NCBI GenBank assembly: GCA_963721805.1
Contig: CAVRJY010000001.1
Coordinates: forward strand, 288,001 to 352,000
From: Nitrospirota bacterium
GTDB lineage: Bacteria; Nitrospirota; Thermodesulfovibrionia; Thermodesulfovibrionales; JdFR-86
Length of the DNA stretch: 64,000 bases
Direction: 5' to 3'
The notes under the pieces were generated by a model, which saw nothing but the letters and a program-made list of their open reading frames with translations, did not search any database and was not told where the DNA came from. Below, piece by piece: positions 61,459-64,000 of this stretch. A program made the position numbers and the translations under genes. The stretch's first letter is position 1. Every line of letters begins with the position of its first letter.

Positions 61459-62299
61459 TCACATGTGTTCCAGGCGGTCGATGCGCTCCTCGATCGGGGG
61501 ATGCGTGCTGAACAGCTTTCTCAGGCCGCCGCCGGTTAATGGATTGACGATGAACATGTGCGAGGTCGCGGGCGTGGCCGCGTCCATCGGGATGCGCTTT
61601 GAGGCCATGTCGAGCTTGCGGAGCGCGCCGGAGAGGAACCTCGGGTTGCCGGCCAGCTCGGCCCCTGCGATATCGGCCTGGTACTCGCGCGAGCGCGAGA
61701 TCGCCATCTGTATGAGCATAGCGGCTATCGGGGCGACGATCATCATCACTATCGCGGCTATCGGGCTTCCGCCCTCGCCGTCGTCGCGGCGGCCGCCGCC
61801 GAATATCGCGGCCCACTGGGCCATCTGCGCCAGATAGCTGATCGCGCCGGCTATAGTGGCCGCTATGGTCGAGATCAGGATGTCGCGGTTGCGTACGTGC
61901 CCGAGCTCGTGGCCTATGACGCCCGAGAGCTCCTCGGGGCTCAGTATCCGCATTATGCCGGTCGTTACCGCGACGGCCGCGTGCTCGGGGTTGCGGCCCG
62001 TGGCGAAGGCGTTGGGCTGGTCCTCGTCGATGATGTAGACCTTCGGCATCGGGAGCTGGGCCTTCGATCGCGAGGCGGCGCACGGTAGAGAACAGCTCGG
62101 GCGCGTCGGTCTCGGTGACTTCCTTGGCATGGTACATCCTGAGCACGATCTTGTCGCTGAACCAGTAGGAGACCATGTTCATGCCGAACGCGATCACCAG
62201 CGCGATGGTCATGCCGCCGCGGCCGCCCAATGCACCGCCCACGAACACCAGGAACACCGTAAGGCCCACCAGCAGGACCATAGTCTTTAGATTATTCAT
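61459..62299 (-). CDS. htpX: Zn protease HtpX, frameshift near 62068
   Basis: YWFSDKIVL, then [25 protein letters not shown]. Confidence 0.93.
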
Positions 62300-62372
62300 A
62301 TGAAACCTCCTTCAGGCAACGTTTCTGCCTAACATCTAGTATATCAAAAGCACTGGCAGCGCTGTCATTTTC

Positions 62373-62652
62373 AAAGCGCACCAAATCGCTTGATACTGCG
62401 TTGGGCATCGAAGACTCGCCCTCTATGTACGCCCAAGTACACCATCGGGGTGCCACGGGCACCTCTCCTGAAGAAAGGGCCAGTCGCCCTGCCTTGTCTG
62501 AAGACGATTTGGGCGCGCTTTCGGGGGGCACGGACAACGGACGCCCCCCGTGCCCCACAAGGTCAAAGGCATGATTGGAGATGAGCGCTCTGGCGCGAAT
62601 AGTGAGAGGGGCCCGTGGCCCCGCGAATATTTGCCGGGGGGCGCTGCCCCCC
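62373..62652 (+). repeat. Palindromic intergenic repeat, copy E (longest)
   Basis: Core 62373-62521 plus all tail modules. Confidence 0.88.
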
Positions 62653-62739
62653 ATTGACAGGGAGGCGTGGAAATAGTAAATTAACAGACAGCTTAATAAA
62701 AGTTATCACAAATCCCTATATGACGGCCAAGGAGCGGTG

Positions 62740-63108
62740 ATGAGCAAGAAGCGGGTTCTAATAGTGGACGACAGCGCCCTGGTCGCAAAGCAGCTCGCGG
62801 CGATAGTCGAGGGCTCGGGGGATTTCGAGGTCGTAGGCCGCGCGCAAAACGGCATCGAGGGCATAAAGCAGTTCACCGCTCTGAAGCCCGACCTGGTCCT
62901 GATGGACCTCGTGATGCCGGAGATGGACGGCCTGCAGGCCATCCGCGCGATCACGTCGCTGGACAAAGAGGCGAGCATCGTCGTCATATCCTCGGCCGGG
63001 GGCGTCGGGGAGAAGGTCGTCGAGGCGCTCAGGTTCGGGGCCAAAAGCGTGATATCCAAGCCCTTTGATCCGGCCAAGGTGATCGACGTTATGAAGGGGC
63101 TCGCGTAG
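62740..63108 (+). CDS. Single-domain CheY-like response regulator
   Basis: VLIVDDS, DLVMPEMDG, KPF. Confidence 0.9.
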   Translation: MSKKRVLIVDDSALVAKQLAAIVEGSGDFEVVGRAQNGIEGIKQFTALKPDLVLMDLVMPEMDGLQAIRAITSLDKEASIVVISSAGGVGEKVVEALRFGAKSVISKPFDPAKVIDVMKGLA

Positions 63109-63144
63109 GGGGGACTAACCCGATGCGGAGGGAGAGCATATCAG

Positions 63145-63981
63145 ATGGCGGTCAAATTCTTCGGACAGTTCCTTCTTGAGCGCGGCATAATCGGCCGCGA
63201 CCAGTTGCTGGATGCGGTGTCGTACCAGGAATCCAAGAACCTCAAACTCGGCGATTACGCCGTTACCAAGGGCTACCTTTCGGCCGAGCAGCTCGTGCGC
63301 CTCAACGAGGAGCAGAAGCGCACCGACATGCGCATCGGCGAGCTCGCGGTCCTGATGGGCATGCTGAGCCGTACCCGGCTGGAGGAGCTCCTCGTGATGC
63401 AGAAAAACGACCATATAATGATCGGCGAGGCCTTTGTCCGAAAGGGCATCCTCACCGCGGACGTCATCGAGCGCGAGCTGATCGCGTTTCACGAGGACCA
63501 GAAGGCATACGCCCAGGACAAGGCCGCCGAGTCCACCGGCAACGAGGCCGTGCGCGCGGCCATTGACATGACGATAAAGATGTTCCAGCGCGTCGCGCAC
63601 ATCGAGGCCAAGGTGGGCCAGGGCGAGCCGGACGGGGTCGTCCCGGCCTCGAGCTTCTCGGCCGTCTCGATAATGTTTTCGGGCGACATCAAGGTCGAGT
63701 ATGTCCTGTGCACCACGCGCGAGCTGTCCAAGCGGATAGCGGCGGTATTCATCGGGGCGGACACCGCCACCGAGGAGGAACTCCGAGACGGCGTGCGAGA
63801 GTTCTGCAATATCGTCTGCGGCAACGTGATGGCCGTCCTCGCGCGCAAGGGCAAGGCGGTCGACATCAGCCCGCCGAAGGATCGGATTCCGGGCGAGGAT
63901 GTGTCGGAGGGGATGGCAGCGACGCGCTACTCGATCGCGACGACCATACTCGGGGAGCAAGCACTCATCATCGTTCGCTAG
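63145..63981 (+). CDS. CheX-domain protein with N-terminal MshEN-like repeats
   Basis: FGQFLL..G, KLGD, RIGE, IGE repeats; DGVREFCNIVCGN..ISPP CheX motif. Confidence 0.8.
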   Translation: MAVKFFGQFLLERGIIGRDQLLDAVSYQESKNLKLGDYAVTKGYLSAEQLVRLNEEQKRTDMRIGELAVLMGMLSRTRLEELLVMQKNDHIMIGEAFVRKGILTADVIERELIAFHEDQKAYAQDKAAESTGNEAVRAAIDMTIKMFQRVAHIEAKVGQGEPDGVVPASSFSAVSIMFSGDIKVEYVLCTTRELSKRIAAVFIGADTATEEELRDGVREFCNIVCGNVMAVLARKGKAVDISPPKDRIPGEDVSEGMAATRYSIATTILGEQALIIVR

Positions 63982-63985
63982 TGTG

Positions 63986-64000
63986 AAAGCGCACCAAATC
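63986..64000 (+). repeat. Start of repeat copy F (cut by window end)
   Basis: AAAGCGCACCAAATC, identical to the left ends of copies A and E. Confidence 0.7.

Overview
GC-rich bacterial chromosomal window. Gene content (rpoA-rplQ, hypFDE, bacterial NrpR, CheX, c-type cytochromes) suggests a Nitrospirota or Desulfobacterota-like anaerobe; this is inference. Most of the window is housekeeping: the end of the alpha operon, an SLC5-sensor kinase/NtrC/DUF294/exonuclease cluster, cspA, LPS genes, hypFDE, surA-like genes, ribH-nusB, polA, greA, pyrKD, nrpR, metY-metA, cls, gspCD, phoBR, pstSCAB-phoU, htpX and cheY/cheX. Main unexplained structure: (1) two tandem secreted diheme cytochrome c/Fn3 paralogues, each behind a GEMM-I riboswitch with the A20 signature of 3',3'-cGAMP-sensing variants, near an HD-GYP protein with a divergent RPYQ motif; (2) an unannotated small membrane ORF after rplQ with an in-frame UGA and a SECIS-like hairpin; (3) 11-bp-phased PHO-like boxes shared by pstS and two small 4-Cys proteins; (4) an orphan CI/Cro/Mor switch with four TAAC-N4-GTTA operators next to tRNA-Ala and a candidate sRNA; (5) a modular palindromic repeat family with at least 6 copies; (6) many apparently leaderless genes. 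Six frameshifts in conserved genes look like assembly indels.
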